DNA from: Takakia lepidozioides
Lineage: Eukaryota; Plantae; Bryophyta
Assembly: GCA_030704615.1 (NCBI GenBank)
Contig: CM060732.1
Span: 25,358,001 to 25,422,000 of the forward strand
Length of the DNA stretch: 64,000 nt
Reading direction: 5' to 3'
Under the pieces are notes generated by a model. It searched no databases. It saw only the letters and a program-made list of their open reading frames with translations, and was not told where the DNA came from. The translations under genes and the position numbers were made by a program. Numbering within the stretch: the first letter of the stretch is position 1; each line of letters opens with the position of its first letter. Positions 25,437 to 38,324 of this stretch are shown here, one piece after another.

Positions 25437-27252
25437 GTATCTGGAAATCATGGAGGAGGAAGGACTAGACATTCCACAGCCTGCTCTTGACCCTGCTTCG
25501 CCCGACATTCATCACCGCATCACAGTTCGCAATACAAAGAGCAAGAGTGCACAGGCAAGTCCGTTGATTGGTCTTTTGCATCCAAAATTCTTCAGATATG
25601 CCAACGTTTGGGTTTGGTTGGCTCGGGTGGCTCAGGTGTTTGTAAGCCAGTTGTGTTGCTCTACTCTGTCGCTTCTTGTATGCGTCTGATTTGTTTGGTT
25701 GTATGGGGGTACTGCATTTGATGAAATCTGGAGGGCGGTCAGTCTGGGGTGTGTGTTCCACCCCCCTTCTTTTTGTCTGATCAAAACAATGTCTGAAAAG
25801 TGAGAACTTCTCGGTGGCAAACTTCTTACTGTGCGATTGCTGCATTGTCTGCTGATTGGTTTGAAAAAGATGGTTTTACAAGTTTCGGGGCACATGGTGG
25901 TGTACAGATGACAGTACTGCCCCCCCCCTGTACAGGGTAGGTGATCCCATACATTTCTCTTTTTTGCCTCTCCATCCCCTCTCTTCTTTCCTCCTGCTCA
26001 TCTAAAGTGGGAAGTCATGCAATGTGCAGGTGGGTGGAGGTAATGGCACCAGTTTTTACTAAGTCCGCCTGGCAGAGTGCTTGGTACATGATCCAGGTAC
26101 ACATGATACAGTGAGTCAATCTTTCATCAGATAATGGTACTCCACAATGATAATACATAAATATACAGCACTCGAGGAAGGAAACAAGTTGGATGCCTTC
26201 TACAAAGGATGCCTCTTTTGCTGACAAGTTCTGATGTTTTACTCATCGAATTTGCTTCAAGCATAGATCGTATCTGTACCAAGAGAGTGTGCAGTCGATG
26301 TAAGATTTTGTCAGATTTGCCTCTATATCTGAAAGCAACAGGCGGAGATAGAAAAAGGTGGGACCCACAGAAAGTGGAGGTGTCAAGAGGCAAAATGAAC
26401 CTAAATTCGAAAGCCACTGTCTAGACAGTGAGAACATTTTTTGGTGTCTGTCTGCTTTCACTGTGTAGTAGTACACCTCTGGGGGCATACACTGTTAAAC
26501 AGTAAAAACCACCTCCATCATGTGAATTCTAGTTTGCAGCCATCTTCTTGAGGGTTATGTTTTATACTTAAGGGATCCTGTGGTTGTTTCGCTTGTGGGC
26601 TGATCAAAAATTAGAATGATCTCATTCATGGCTGGGGCATGGACTTCAAGCTTGGCTACTGTGTCCAGGTAACTTCCCCTTTGTGCACTGAAGGCAATTG
26701 GACCTTCATGTGGGGATGGTGAAGTAGTTTTCTCCACCTGCCTTGGCTTTTGGCATACGTAGTTTACTAGTGAAATATCTTTGAAAATCCGAAGAACTTG
26801 AGTAATACCACTGGTTTCCGTGCAGGCCTACCTCCGGACTTGGCCACTGCAGATCCTCTGGGCAAGGGCTCTCTGTTGAAAAGTTTCTGACCTGCTGCCC
26901 TGCACCCATAATGGCTGGAATTTCAGACCCTCAGCTACCTAGCACTGATGGGGACCAGTGGGTGCTGTGGGATGGGATATGTGCTTGATGACTCATGTTC
27001 CCTGGGGAAATCATTTGGCTAGGAAGGCAGCAAATTGCAGGCTTTCGGTGTCCAATTCATGCCCAAGAAACAAGTGCCCCTCTAGAGAGCCAGGTCACTG
27101 TAGCGTCCCATACGACTTTTTGGGCAAAGTTGGCGCTGAAGGATCTTGTCTTATGACACCAGGGTAAGCGCAGCGAAAAAGTGGGAGTGATTGACGCGGA
27201 GTACATTTTACACCAGGGCATTCCCTCTCTTGGGGGTCCTCCTCTCAATAGA
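25437..27252 (+). pseudogene. DUF707-family gene, downstream exons
   Basis: YLEIMEEEGLDIPQPALDPASPDIHHRITVRN (25437-25554), CTDDSTAPPCTG (~25900), WVEVMAPVFTKSAWQSAWYMIQ (~26030-26095), NDLIHGWGMDFKLGYCVQ (~26615-26668), GKRSEKVGVIDAEYILHQGIPSLGG (~27163-27252), mostly with AG/GT borders. Confidence 0.85.
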
Positions 27253-29514
27253 GTAAGCAAATTTAAACCTTAGGCCCTTCAGTGTTGTTCTTAACAGAGT
27301 ACTATTATCATCAATCATACCTTTAGCAGATCAATAAAATGGACTACCCTTTGGCTAGCAGGAATTCAGACTTCCATGCTTCCAGGGATTTATTACAGGC
27401 ACCAGTTGAGGTTAAGTTAACAAGTCAAAATTGAAACATATTGATCGGGGTTATCTTTGTAGTTCTTCAGTTTTCTTTACTGTAAGCTTAATCAGGTTAT
27501 CCTGTTGTCATACCTCAGATAGTTGGTCCTGGCCATGAGCTCAGGGAGTGTGAGTTAAACTCCCATTTGATCAGTTGGCGCTTTAAGTCAGGCTGTATGC
27601 TTTATTTTGCAAAGAGATATACATACAGCCTTTGGTATTGTGATGCATCACTATGGAAACAATCTGCTACTGTCTAGTGATGTACCATGATCTCATTTGA
27701 CTAGCCATTGTGTGTCGTTTGTTATGATTTCAGTGTAAAGATTTGTGAAGTTGTTTGAACCACCCACTTAATGTTCATCATTGCCAATTGATGCGACATT
27801 CTGTAGAATTGGGCACTGCAGACTTACGTCCCAAGACAAACAGCAGTAGTAAGGGGAACTTGTCAAAGCAAAGGTCTTTAGTGAAAATATGCCTGGACCA
27901 ACAAACTTCCATTCTAATCTGAACCCAGTTTTGCACAGAGTTGGCTAATGAGGGTGAGTAACCATTGCTACAACTTTCCTAATAGATAGTAAGTGGCCAA
28001 TGAGGTCTTGTCAGTGAGAGTACATGTAAGGGAGTGTTGTCTGATGACTCGGGCATGACAGATGGCTAATGAACATGCAAATGTAATGGAATCTGGAAAC
28101 ACGACAACCTCTCAGAGCAGTGCTGTGGTAAATAGCTTCACTACTGCCACCTCATTTACTGTGTGTTTCTAGTTTCTAGGACTAGCATGCCATTCCTTGA
28201 TAGCGTGTAGGTTTGACACTCTCTCTTTTTGCTGTGGGAGCTTCTAATGAAGAAGTTTGATTTGTTTTTAAGTGGTTTCAAGGGAAATTTTCCTGGGCCT
28301 CTTCATTTCTGAAGTTATTGGTGTCTTGTGGGCATGCCTTTGACAGAACAGCCTTTGACAGAACAGTCTACTCCTGGAATGCCTCTATGACTTTAGGCAC
28401 TTAGGCACAGCCCAGATAGGGAACTAGCTTTCCTACCTCCAAGGGGGATTGGTCACTTCTGCATTGTAAAATAGAACCCATGTTCCCCGACGTGTGGGCA
28501 GAAAATGGAGGATGCTTACCACTTTAGAATGGTTGGAACAAGGCTGTTTGGAAGGTAGAATCAAATTTGTTGATAGCAATCCATTTCCAATAAAGCCACC
28601 AGTACTGATGGTGAACCAGTTGCTGCCACAATATGAATAGTTGAATTTTAACCTTTTGTTTTTGTTGTGCCCTCTCAGGCACCCCAGAATGTCATGTGGT
28701 CATGAATTGTCCCTTCCTGGGATTTGCTACATAGCTTTAGATAGCCAACAATGTCAACTACGGATCTACCATTGCCTCCAATAAAAGACGAGCAGCCACT
28801 TGTCTCTCTGCAGTTGCCTCTTCTCCAATACCCTCCAAGTAAGCACGTATCCCCTCATCAAATACTGATGCCGCTCTGCACTCCATCATTAACGTCAAAT
28901 GTAGCAAATACCGTCGTTCCAACTCTTTAATGTGTTCCATTGCAGCTTCATATGCTCTATCATGAAGTGAAGCTGCTTCCTGCTTTCAAACAATTGAAGT
29001 TGGTAAGTCATTGGTAATAGCTGATTTATCAAATGGAAATTAGAGGTGCAAGAAAAGAACCCAGCCTGAGCAATTGCCAACAACGGATCATGGTCTCGGA
29101 CATAGCCTTCATCTTCTTCAGCTTCATCTTCCATAGGAGGTTGCACATGATCAAGAAGACCAACACCACGAATATCCTCGTTGGGATCGTATACAAGTGG
29201 CAGTACTAACCTACAAGCACAACAATTGCAACTTATGAGAAATCATGACAAATGATCAAAGCACACACATCCTATCTCTTAAAATGTGAAACATAACGTT
29301 GCCAGTTACCAACGAGGCTTACCCTTGCTCGCGTTCCTCAGCTTGAAAACCACCGCTGGAACATGTGAAGGCAAATCCCTCCCGTTTTGTGTGATCTTCC
29401 TCACCTTGCGGTAATTCCACCACAAAACGACACGCTCTATATCGCCTTCAATCATCAGTAGAAACACTATTGTAAGAGAGCTCATATGCCATTGGTTGTC
29501 TGTATTTAAAATAG

Positions 29515-29761
29515 TGGAATGACTACATGACTGGACAGAGAATGGGTTGACCCCATCCGAGGAGAAGCCGAGGTAGACATGTCGTGGGTCCTCCAAGAGA
29601 AAAGGCCACATCTCTTCAATATGCCTCCATGCTTGTGAATCTTGTGGCCCGCACACCTTTCCCGGGGGGCTCCGATGCGAGGCGTGCCATCTCATGAGTC
29701 TGGCCAATTCAGGGCTTTGGTACTGTGCCCTCAATCGCGGGATAATCGGAAAGTAATGCAT
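29515..29761 (-). mobile_element. CACTA TnpD (Transposase_21) segment, inverted
   Basis: HYFPIIPRLR...MRWH...DSQAWRHI...DPRHVYLGFSSDGVNPF..S.SHST. Confidence 0.9.
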
Positions 29762-29769
29762 TTTCTAGG

Positions 29770-31473
29770 ATGAAATACCCCACACTCCCCACATGGTGAA
29801 TTACAACATCCCTCCGTATCTTTCAATTAAAAAATGTCATATCATGTTGGCTGCCATTGTGCCAGGTGAGTGTACTCATTTCAAGTTTATTATTGCCTTG
29901 GACTTTACATTAAACTTCTGATCTCTGACGCAATTCGGATGCAAGATTGATGAGTGAAATAATCATGGAGTAAGACGTGTAATTCATTTTGTAGTATAAT
30001 TTGCATATTGGTGGAGCATTGAAACAATGATGTGAATGTCTCATAGGGAAAAAAATAAGTGACAAACATTGACACGTACTTGCGACCTCTTGTTGATGAA
30101 CTTAAGGAGTTATGGAGGGGGGTCCCGGCATTGGATGCTTCACTTGACCCTATGGCCGGACAATCTTTTCAGATGGGAGGCATCTTGCTTTGGACAATGC
30201 ATGATTATCTAGGTATATTATGTTCCCCATGAACAACCCGCGTACATTCACTTGTCAATGCCGGATAATATCGATGAGGATTAGGATTGATTGAAGTAGT
30301 TCAGCGACAGTCTTGTGCACCGTAGTGGGGTAGATGGCATTACGGGCCATGCACATGACAACTTTTTGTCTTTGCTAATGTGGCGGGATGTGTAGTACAG
30401 GACTAACTGTTTGCTCAGGGCTAAGCACCAAAGGGTACCATGCTTACTTGCATTGTGGGGATGATCTTGATGCACATAGCTCCCGCCATCTTCACAAGAT
30501 GGTGTATCTCAACCACCGCAAATTTCTTCCTATGAGCCATCGATGGAGAAGAAGAGAGAAACACTTGTTTGATGGCAAAGAGGAAGTACGTCCCCCCCCT
30601 ATGACACCGTCTGAGCAGTTTTGGGAGGACCAATGGAAGGAGGCCCATGCGGGCACGGACGGTGAAGTGAACGTGTCCGGCATGAAACGACTTTCAATCT
30701 TCTACGAGTTGCCATATTGGGCGATACATATTTCACAAAAACACCGTCAATATCCCTATGCATGCATGTGATATTGCACATTTGGTATGCGTTGCATTAT
30801 CACTTTCACGTAAATTTTTTTGTGTAAAATGCCTGCAGTCAATCTTACCAACCCTCGTAAGGCCAAGGCAAACAGGGTTTATCAAAGAAAGGTATACTCT
30901 TGATAATCTCCTACTGGCCCACGAAATCCACACTACGCCCTCAAAACCAAACAATCCATCACCCTAGTGTTAGTGGACTTCGAAAAAACCGTATGATAGA
31001 GAATGGTCCTTCTTATTGGGGGATCTTCAAAAAATTGGATTGCCTCCGGGTTTCTGCTAATGGGTCAGAATTGTACTGGTAGGATCAACAAGTAGAGTAC
31101 TCATTAATGGCCCTCTGGGTGAGGATATATGTAGGACCTGAAGATTCGTCATCTTTTAGATCCCATGCATATTGAAAAGAATGTCTGCTCGTCCCTTTTT
31201 CGGGTTCTTCATGGCACGCCGGCAAAGAAGGGAGTGGCTGCAAAAGGAGATTATCTCGGTGTTAGAAAGGAGCTTGAGGAGCAGGGTCGCATGCGCCATC
31301 TATGGGCCGAACAAAATGGTGTGGACCCAAAGGGTGTTGTACGGTGGAAATATAGGCGCGCACCTCGGCAATGGACAAAGGAGGAATACAAGAAAGTGAT
31401 AGCCACCATAAGTGTTGTCCGAACACCAACTGGTTATGGGTCATCCCTCCGTATGAAGTTCAGCGAAGAAGAC
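29770..31473 (+). mobile_element. CACTA (En/Spm) TnpD transposase remnant, central part with introns
   Basis: VNYNIPPYLS...IVPG, YLRPLVDELKELW, WTMHDY, SGLSTKGYHA, YLNHRKFLP..H.WR, SIFYELPYW, HLLDPMHIEKNV, PTGYGS; cut by an LTR at 31474. Confidence 0.92.
30828..31125 (+). mobile_element. L1-type LINE RT fragment inside a CACTA intron
   Basis: LQSILPTLVRPRQTGFIKERYTLDNLLLAHE...VDFEK.YDR..WSFL...SRVLING. Confidence 0.8.
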
Positions 31474-34400
31474 TGTCGCGGCCCTTTGCCTTGAGGGCAG
31501 GGGGTCGGGACGCAGAGAGGCTGCCCCTGTGTTGGGGGCAGTGGTAGGTACGGGGGGCTGAAGCACCCTTGAGTGCCCAAGGCACTCAAGGAGGCGGAGG
31601 CGCTCACTAGGTGGAGCCCCGCACACCGGGTTGCGGTGGGGGTGGCTCCACAAGGGGTGGAGGTAGCTTAGTGGGACTTAGTGGGGGTGGCATAGGACTC
31701 ACCATGGGGCGGAGACCTTGTGGTGGGAGTCGTGGGGAGTCTTGGGACTCACCACGATCCAATGGGGCCGTGGTGGGTGGGCCAAGACTCACCGCGACTC
31801 ATCACTGGGAATCGAGGGTTTTCGTGGTGGTTCGCCATAAAATGGCATGGTTGTTTGTGAAACCCCCGTGGACAGTCACAGAAGTATATATAGGGAGTAG
31901 TAACCCCGAGAACGGTGCAAGCCCGTTGGTGACCAAAAACTAATGAGTAAGCGAGCGAGCCGGAAAGCGAACAAGAAGTGGGGAGCTATTCCGGATTGCC
32001 ATCTACCAAATGGAATTTTCCACTAGGCCCAAATTGGTGGAGGGTCTATTGGGGGAGAAAAGGGGGACCGTTATGTCCCGGTGAGCAGCCGAAGCTCCGA
32101 GTTGGCCCGGCGGCCGGGTTGGGAGTTAGGCGCGCGCATCAAAGCGAGTAACTATGACTTGAAGGGGAGCTTACCGAAGTGAGGTGCGCGACACTTGGTA
32201 TCAGAGCTTAGAGTTCAGTACGTGATCGTCCTTGGGATCGGTCTCATCATGGGGTTGGGCAAGCCAAAGCGAAAGCGGAACGGCCCGAAAGATGATGATC
32301 CTGGTGAGCTCGATGGGGGCGACGTGTCACCGAAGCGGCCATTTGAGGAAGCGATGCATGCTTTTGAAAACGAGGCCGCTCAAGAACGGGAGGAATCTGA
32401 GGAGTCGGAGCCCGAGGAATCTCTGAGAGCTCCGACAGACCAACAGATGTCTCCCATGCCAGCAGCCTTTTGGGAAGGGTTGTTGGGGCAGTTTGGCGGG
32501 ACGTTGAAAGACGTGTTGAAGGCGGCTAATGCCACTTCCACTAAGGCAAAGTTTAAGGTGAAGCCTAAGGAACCCGGCGCCTTCGAGGGCGTCCGAAATC
32601 GGAAGGCACTCAACACCTGGCTCTTGGAGCTAGAGCACTACTTCCGGGCGGCCAAGTTGAGTGACGAGGATCGGGTGGAAGTGGCTCCCACCTATTTGAG
32701 GGGCTATGCTCAACAATGGTGGCAGAAATGTCTTCACGACCGAGGTCCAAACCCGGAAACCTTGAATTGGAGTGGGTTCAAGGAATTTAGGAAGAGATAG
32801 TTTGTGCTCCTCAACGCGTCCTGGCTCGCCTGGGACAAGATGAGGAATTTGAAGCAAACGGATGACATTCGGGGATATGTTCAGGCTTTCAATGTGCTGT
32901 TGCTCGAAGTCGCGGACATGGCAGAACCAGAAATGGTCTTCAACTTTGTGGCGGGACTGGCCCCGTGGGCCAGGCGGAAGTTGGAGGAGAAGCCACCTAA
33001 GACTTTGAACGAGGCAATCGAGAGGGCTGAATGTTTCTCGGATGTCCCTAGAGGCGAAAGACAAGGCCGTACGGAGCTAAACCACAAGAAGACCCGGCGG
33101 GAGGGTGACTCTTTTCGACCGGAAAAGAAGTGGGATAGGCCACGCGACGACAATGGCACGTGGAAATCGAAGGGAGGGCCTTCACACGCCAAGACGACAC
33201 CCGGTGCTCCGAAAGGAAAATCAGGTGCGACGCCTTATGGCGGACTAAAGGCGACCTTCGATGGAGTGTGCTTCAATTGTGGGGAGCCCGGGCACATGGC
33301 CAAGAAGTGCATAAAACCCCGACAACTGAACATGACTCGGGAAACCACGGAATTGTCCGAAGATTCCATCAGCCGCTTGGTGGAGGCGGTGGTCGCCAAG
33401 ACTTGCAAGGTAGGCAACTACTCTTGTGAGTTGTATCAGGAAACTGGCGCCCTGCGTAAAGGGAGTCAGTTATTGTTTGCGAGTGGGATAATTTCCGGAA
33501 CTAACGTGTCGTTGTTGGTGGACACAGGAGCGTCGCACTCCTTCATGATACCGGCAACAGCACGGAAGCTGGAACTCCCGACAAGTGATGTGGGGGCCTC
33601 TATTGAGGTGCGTTCTGCCAAAGGAGAACCACAATTGGCGACGAGGTTGGCATTCGATGTTCCTCTTCAACTGGGGAGTTGGGAGGGACGTGAGAACTTC
33701 ACCATTTGTGAGATCAATGGAGTGGATCTCATTTTGGGGATGACCTTTTTGAGCAAATCCGGAGCGGTCATACGTGGCCGCAAGAGAGTAGTCACGCTAC
33801 CGTGTGGGAATGATGGCGAAGTTTTACGAGTGTCAGAAACGCCCAACCCCGTGGGAGGGCGAATAAACCTTCTGTCAACAAGAGAGTAGGCCGTGGAGGA
33901 GTCACACGAGCCCCAGTTTTTGTTTTACGTAAGACAAGTGAAGGGAGAAGGCGATAGGGAGCCGAGCCCAGATTGGATCAAAGGGATCTTGGAGAAATAC
34001 CGGGATGTGATGTCGGAGGATTTACCAAGCGGTTTGCCACCGCGAAGGGGAGTTGACCACAAGATTGAGGTGATACCGGGATCGGAACCGCCTGCCAAGG
34101 CGCCCTACCGGTTGAGCCATAGAGAGTTGGTCGAGCTGAAGACTCAGCTCAAGGATCTAATGTCAAAGGGGTACATCCGACCGAGTAAGTCACCTTACGG
34201 AGCCCCGGTGCTATTCGCAGACAAGAAGGATGGGACGATGCGGATGTGTGTCGACTACAGGGCTCTGAATAAGGTGACTATCAAGAACCGGTACCCTTGC
34301 GAAGCATTTCAGCCGGATCGATTTGCGCTCCGACTACCATCAAATCCGAGTGGCGGAAGGAGATGAGGAGAAAACCGCGTGCAGGACAAGATATGGTTCG

Positions 34401-37400
34401 TATGAGTTCTTGGTGATGCCTTTTGGCCTCACCAATGCACCCGCGACCTTTAGCATGCTAATGAACAGCCTTTTCCGGGAGTGGTTGGATGACTTTGTGA
34501 TCGTGTACATCGACGACATCTTGGTGTACTCGAAAACAAAGGAAGAGCATCTGGAGCACCTCAAAAGGGTATTCCAGAAATTGTGGGAAGAGAAGCTGTA
34601 TGCCAAAGCTTCAAAGTGCGAATTCGGGGTCACAAAAGTGGAGTTCCTAGGGCATGTGATTACACATGATGGGATCAAAATGGATGACAGAAAGGTGAGG
34701 GCGATCTTGGACTGGGAACCTCCGACTTCGGTCCCGGGAGTGCGATCCTTCCTAGGACTCGCCTCCTATTACCGAAAGTATGTGAGAAATTTCGCCAGGA
34801 TCGCAGGGCCGTTGTCAGACCTTCTGTGTAAATCCAAGGTATGGGTATGGAACACCTTTTGTGGCCAAGCTTTTGCCGAGTTGAAGCAGCGGATGGCGGA
34901 AGCTCCAGTCTTGAAAATCCCGGAGTTCGACTGCACGTTTGAGATTCATACAGATGCGTAGGACTTCGCGATTGGGGGTGTACTTATGCAAGATGGACGT
35001 CCGGTGGCTTACGAAAGTAAGAAACTGAATGAAGGGAGCGACGCTGGCCGACGCACGAGAAAGAGATGAAGGCGGTGGTGCATTGCCTTGAGCTTTGGCG
35101 CCACTATGTTGGTTCCAACCCAGTGAAGGCATTCACGGACAATGTCACGGTGAAGTATTTTGCCACGCAGCCTAAGTTGTCCCCAAAACAACTTAGGTGG
35201 CAAGATACTTTGGCGGTGTTCGACGTGGATATCCAATACAAACCGGGACGGGACAATGTGGTGGCCGATGCTTTAAGTAGAAAGCAGCAGCTCATGTTGG
35301 TGTACAGGGGCGAGACGGCGCTCCAAAGGAAGATCCAGAAGGCTTACCGGAAGGATGAGATGACGAAGTCCGTGATGCGGGACTTGAGGATGGGGGTTAA
35401 ATCACAGTTCCACTTGCAAAATGGACTACTCCGGTACAAGCAAAAACGCCTCTACGTGCCGAAGGGATGGATCAGAGATAGTCTCTTGAGAGAATGCCAT
35501 GATGGCCCGCTTGCGGGCCACGGCGGAGCCAAGCGCACCGCGGCACTCTTGAAGAAAGAGTATTTCTGGCCCAAACTGAGGGAGGAGGCCAAGGAGTATG
35601 TCAAGACATGCACCACATGCCAACAAAACCGGAGCGAGTACAAAAAGCAAGCGGGGCTGTTACAACCCTTGCCGATTCCTGAGGGGTCTTGGGAAAGTGT
35701 CTCGATGGATTTCATGACTGCTATGCCGCTGTCAAAAGGATTCGATGCAATCATGGTGGTGGTGGATAGGTTCAGTAAAATGGGTCATTTCATCCCCACC
35801 AAGGAGACGGCAACGGCGCAGGAGACGGGGCGACTTTATTTCGCCCACGTCTTCAAGCATCATGGACTCCCGAAGGATATTGTCTCGGACCGCGATCCAA
35901 AATTTACAAGTAAATTTTGGAGGGCACTTTGGAAAAAAATGGGGACAAGGCTCAAGATGAGCACCTCCTTCCGACCTACAACGGATGGCCAAACAGAAAG
36001 GGTGAATTCCGTGGTGAAGCAGATCCTGCGGAATTACGTGTCGGCAGACCAATCGGACTGGGTGGAGCACTTGGATGCGGCAGAGTTCTGTTATAATAAC
36101 ACAAAACACTCCGCAACGGGAGTTTCCCCTTTCGTATTGGTCTATGGAAAAGCACCTCTGGTGCCGACAAGTTGGGCCGCCCAAGACGTTGAGGAACCAG
36201 CAGCAACAACGGTGCTGGAAGAATGCGAGGGTTTGTTGAAGCTCGCAAAGTACAACATTGCCAAAGCTAGGAAATGGTATGAAAGGCAGGCGAATCGGAA
36301 GCGGAGGGAAGTTAAGTTTGAGGCAGGCACGGAGGTCTGGTTGAACATCAAGAATTTCCGACTACCTCCGGAAGTGAGCCCAAAGTTCGTACCTCCGTAT
36401 GCGGGACCCTTTCGTATCCGGAAGGTTATGAATGAGGATGTGTATGAATTGGAGCTTCCGGCAAACAGCAAGGTGCATCCGGTATTCCACGTCTCCATTT
36501 TGAAGCCTTACTTCAAAGATGAAGCGCGTCCGAATCGGCCTCAAGTGTTGCGTCCGCCACCTGTGTTGTTGGATCATGAAAATGAACCTGAGTACGAGGT
36601 GGAGGCAGTGCTTAAGTCGAGGAGGTTCAAGAATCGAGAAACGGAGTATCTCGTGAAATGGAAGGGCTATCATCATGTTGAGGCATCTTGGGTGCGTGCC
36701 TCAGAAATGGGAAATGCATCCGAGGCGGTTGCAGCTTTCGAAGGGCAACCTCAAAAATAGAAGAAGCGTTGATGGGGACATCAACCTTGGATCGTGGGGG
36801 AGGAAATGCATGCTTAGCCCGGCTTAGCTAGCTCAGGAATCCGATTACAAAAACTTGTGTTGTACAAATTTTGTTATAAATGAAATGGTTTCCAAATGTT
36901 GCGCCTCCTATTTTGTTTGGAATGGTGATGCATGGTATGGTTGGCTAGTGTGTAGAATGCATGCTAGCTTACAAAAGTGGGAGAGGTAAATTGGATTAAT
37001 CGTGTGTTTGCGTAGTGCCGAAATCGGGTGACTCCCATCCAAGGGGCAAGGAAACTTGCGCCTTCTTTGGGAGTTCACGTGCTAGTGCGTACCTAGCGCG
37101 TGCGCGTACTATAACTGTGCTACCGAGGAGGTTGCCTTGTAGTGCGGGCTAACGCGGAAGCTACGTGCTTCCGTTCACGTACTATAATCGTGTAGCCTCG
37201 GGACGAAGTCGTAGTGCGGCTTCGGCGTGTTCCCGTACCTCAGGCCAGCATTCCAAGGCGGACCCAATTGTAGTGATTGGGGCGCACGGTTGGTTCAAGG
37301 TTATCTTCCTAGTCAAACAGGGTTCAAGGTGAACCCTTGCTCAATGTGATGCCAAAAGCGGCATCATGAGCGGTCGCAAGCAATGTTGTTGCAGTAAGGC

Positions 37401-37912
37401 GATTCGATCCTCGGGGAGGATCGTTCCTTGGCCTTGAAGTAGGCCAAAAAGAGTGCACTGGGTGGAGCTTGAGAGGCTCCACCCTTGGCCGAGACTTGGA
37501 GGAAGTCGGCCGAACTAGCTCGTGGAGAGTGGAGTCAAGTGTGGGGTATGGTTCTTTGCCATGGTGCGGAAACAAACTCCTTGATGTGGGACGCCACAAC
37601 TTGGATGTTCGTTTCTACAAATTGGACAAGTGGATGAGGACATCGACTCCTTGTTGGTAGGGGTGTGTGTCGCGGCCCTTTGCCTTGAGGGCAGGGGGTC
37701 GGGACGCAGAGGGGCTGCCCCTATGGTGGGGGCGGTGCAGCAATAGGTACGGGGGCTGAAGCACCCTTGAGTGCCCAAGGCACTCAAGGAGGCGGAGGCG
37801 CTCACTAGGTGGAGCCCCGCACACCGGGTTGCAGTGGGGGTGGCTCCACAAGGGGTGGAGGTAGCTTAGTGGGACTTAGTCGGGGTGGCATAGGACTCAC
37901 CATGGGGCGGTG
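31474..37912 (+). mobile_element. Ty3/gypsy chromovirus (Galadriel-like) copy A; near full length, 3' LTR interrupted
   Basis: 5' LTR 31474-32193 (TG..CA), iMet PBS TGGTATCAGAGC, gag with CFNCGEPGHMAKKC, protease LLVDTGASHSF, RT VYIDD, RNase H, integrase HHCC/GPF, chromodomain EYEVEAVL..YLVKWKGY; premature stops and frameshifts; 3' LTR left part 37668-37912. Confidence 0.97.
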
Positions 37913-38237
37913 TGTCGCGCACCTCACTTCGGTAAGATCCCCTTCAAGTCATAATTACTCGCTCTGATGCGCGTGCCTAACTCCCTAACTGGCCGCCGGG
38001 CCAACTCAGAGCTTCGGCTACTCACCGGGACATAACGGTCCCCCTTTACTCCTCCACAAGACCCTCTCCCAATTTGGGCCTGGTGGAAATTCCCTTTGGT
38101 CGATGGCAGTCCGGAATAGCTCCCCACACCCTGGTCGCTTTCCGGCTCGCACGCTTACTCACTAGTTTTTGTTCACCAACGGGCTTGCATCGTTCTCGGG
38201 GTTACTACTCCCTATATATACTTCTGTGACTGTCCGC
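37913..38237 (-). mobile_element. Distal half of the 3' LTR of gypsy copy X, left behind by the inversion
   Basis: Reverse-complement LTR end TGTCGCGCACCTCACTTCGG running to TGTCCGC; complements the LTR half that ends at 56262. Confidence 0.85.
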
Positions 38238-38324
38238 ACGACAGTCACTGAAAACTGTGTCGGTGACGCCAATTTTGATCCATCTTACCTTGCATCTACC
38301 CCGTCAAGCGACCAAAGTCAGTTG

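Noticed and set aside
36770-37667. Extra or antisense ORF (CCCH-like YCNNIACDRS*CRFWH) in the long 3' non-coding region of the gypsy family
   Set aside because: The TGA is present in all copies and indels differ between copies, so no frame is conserved.
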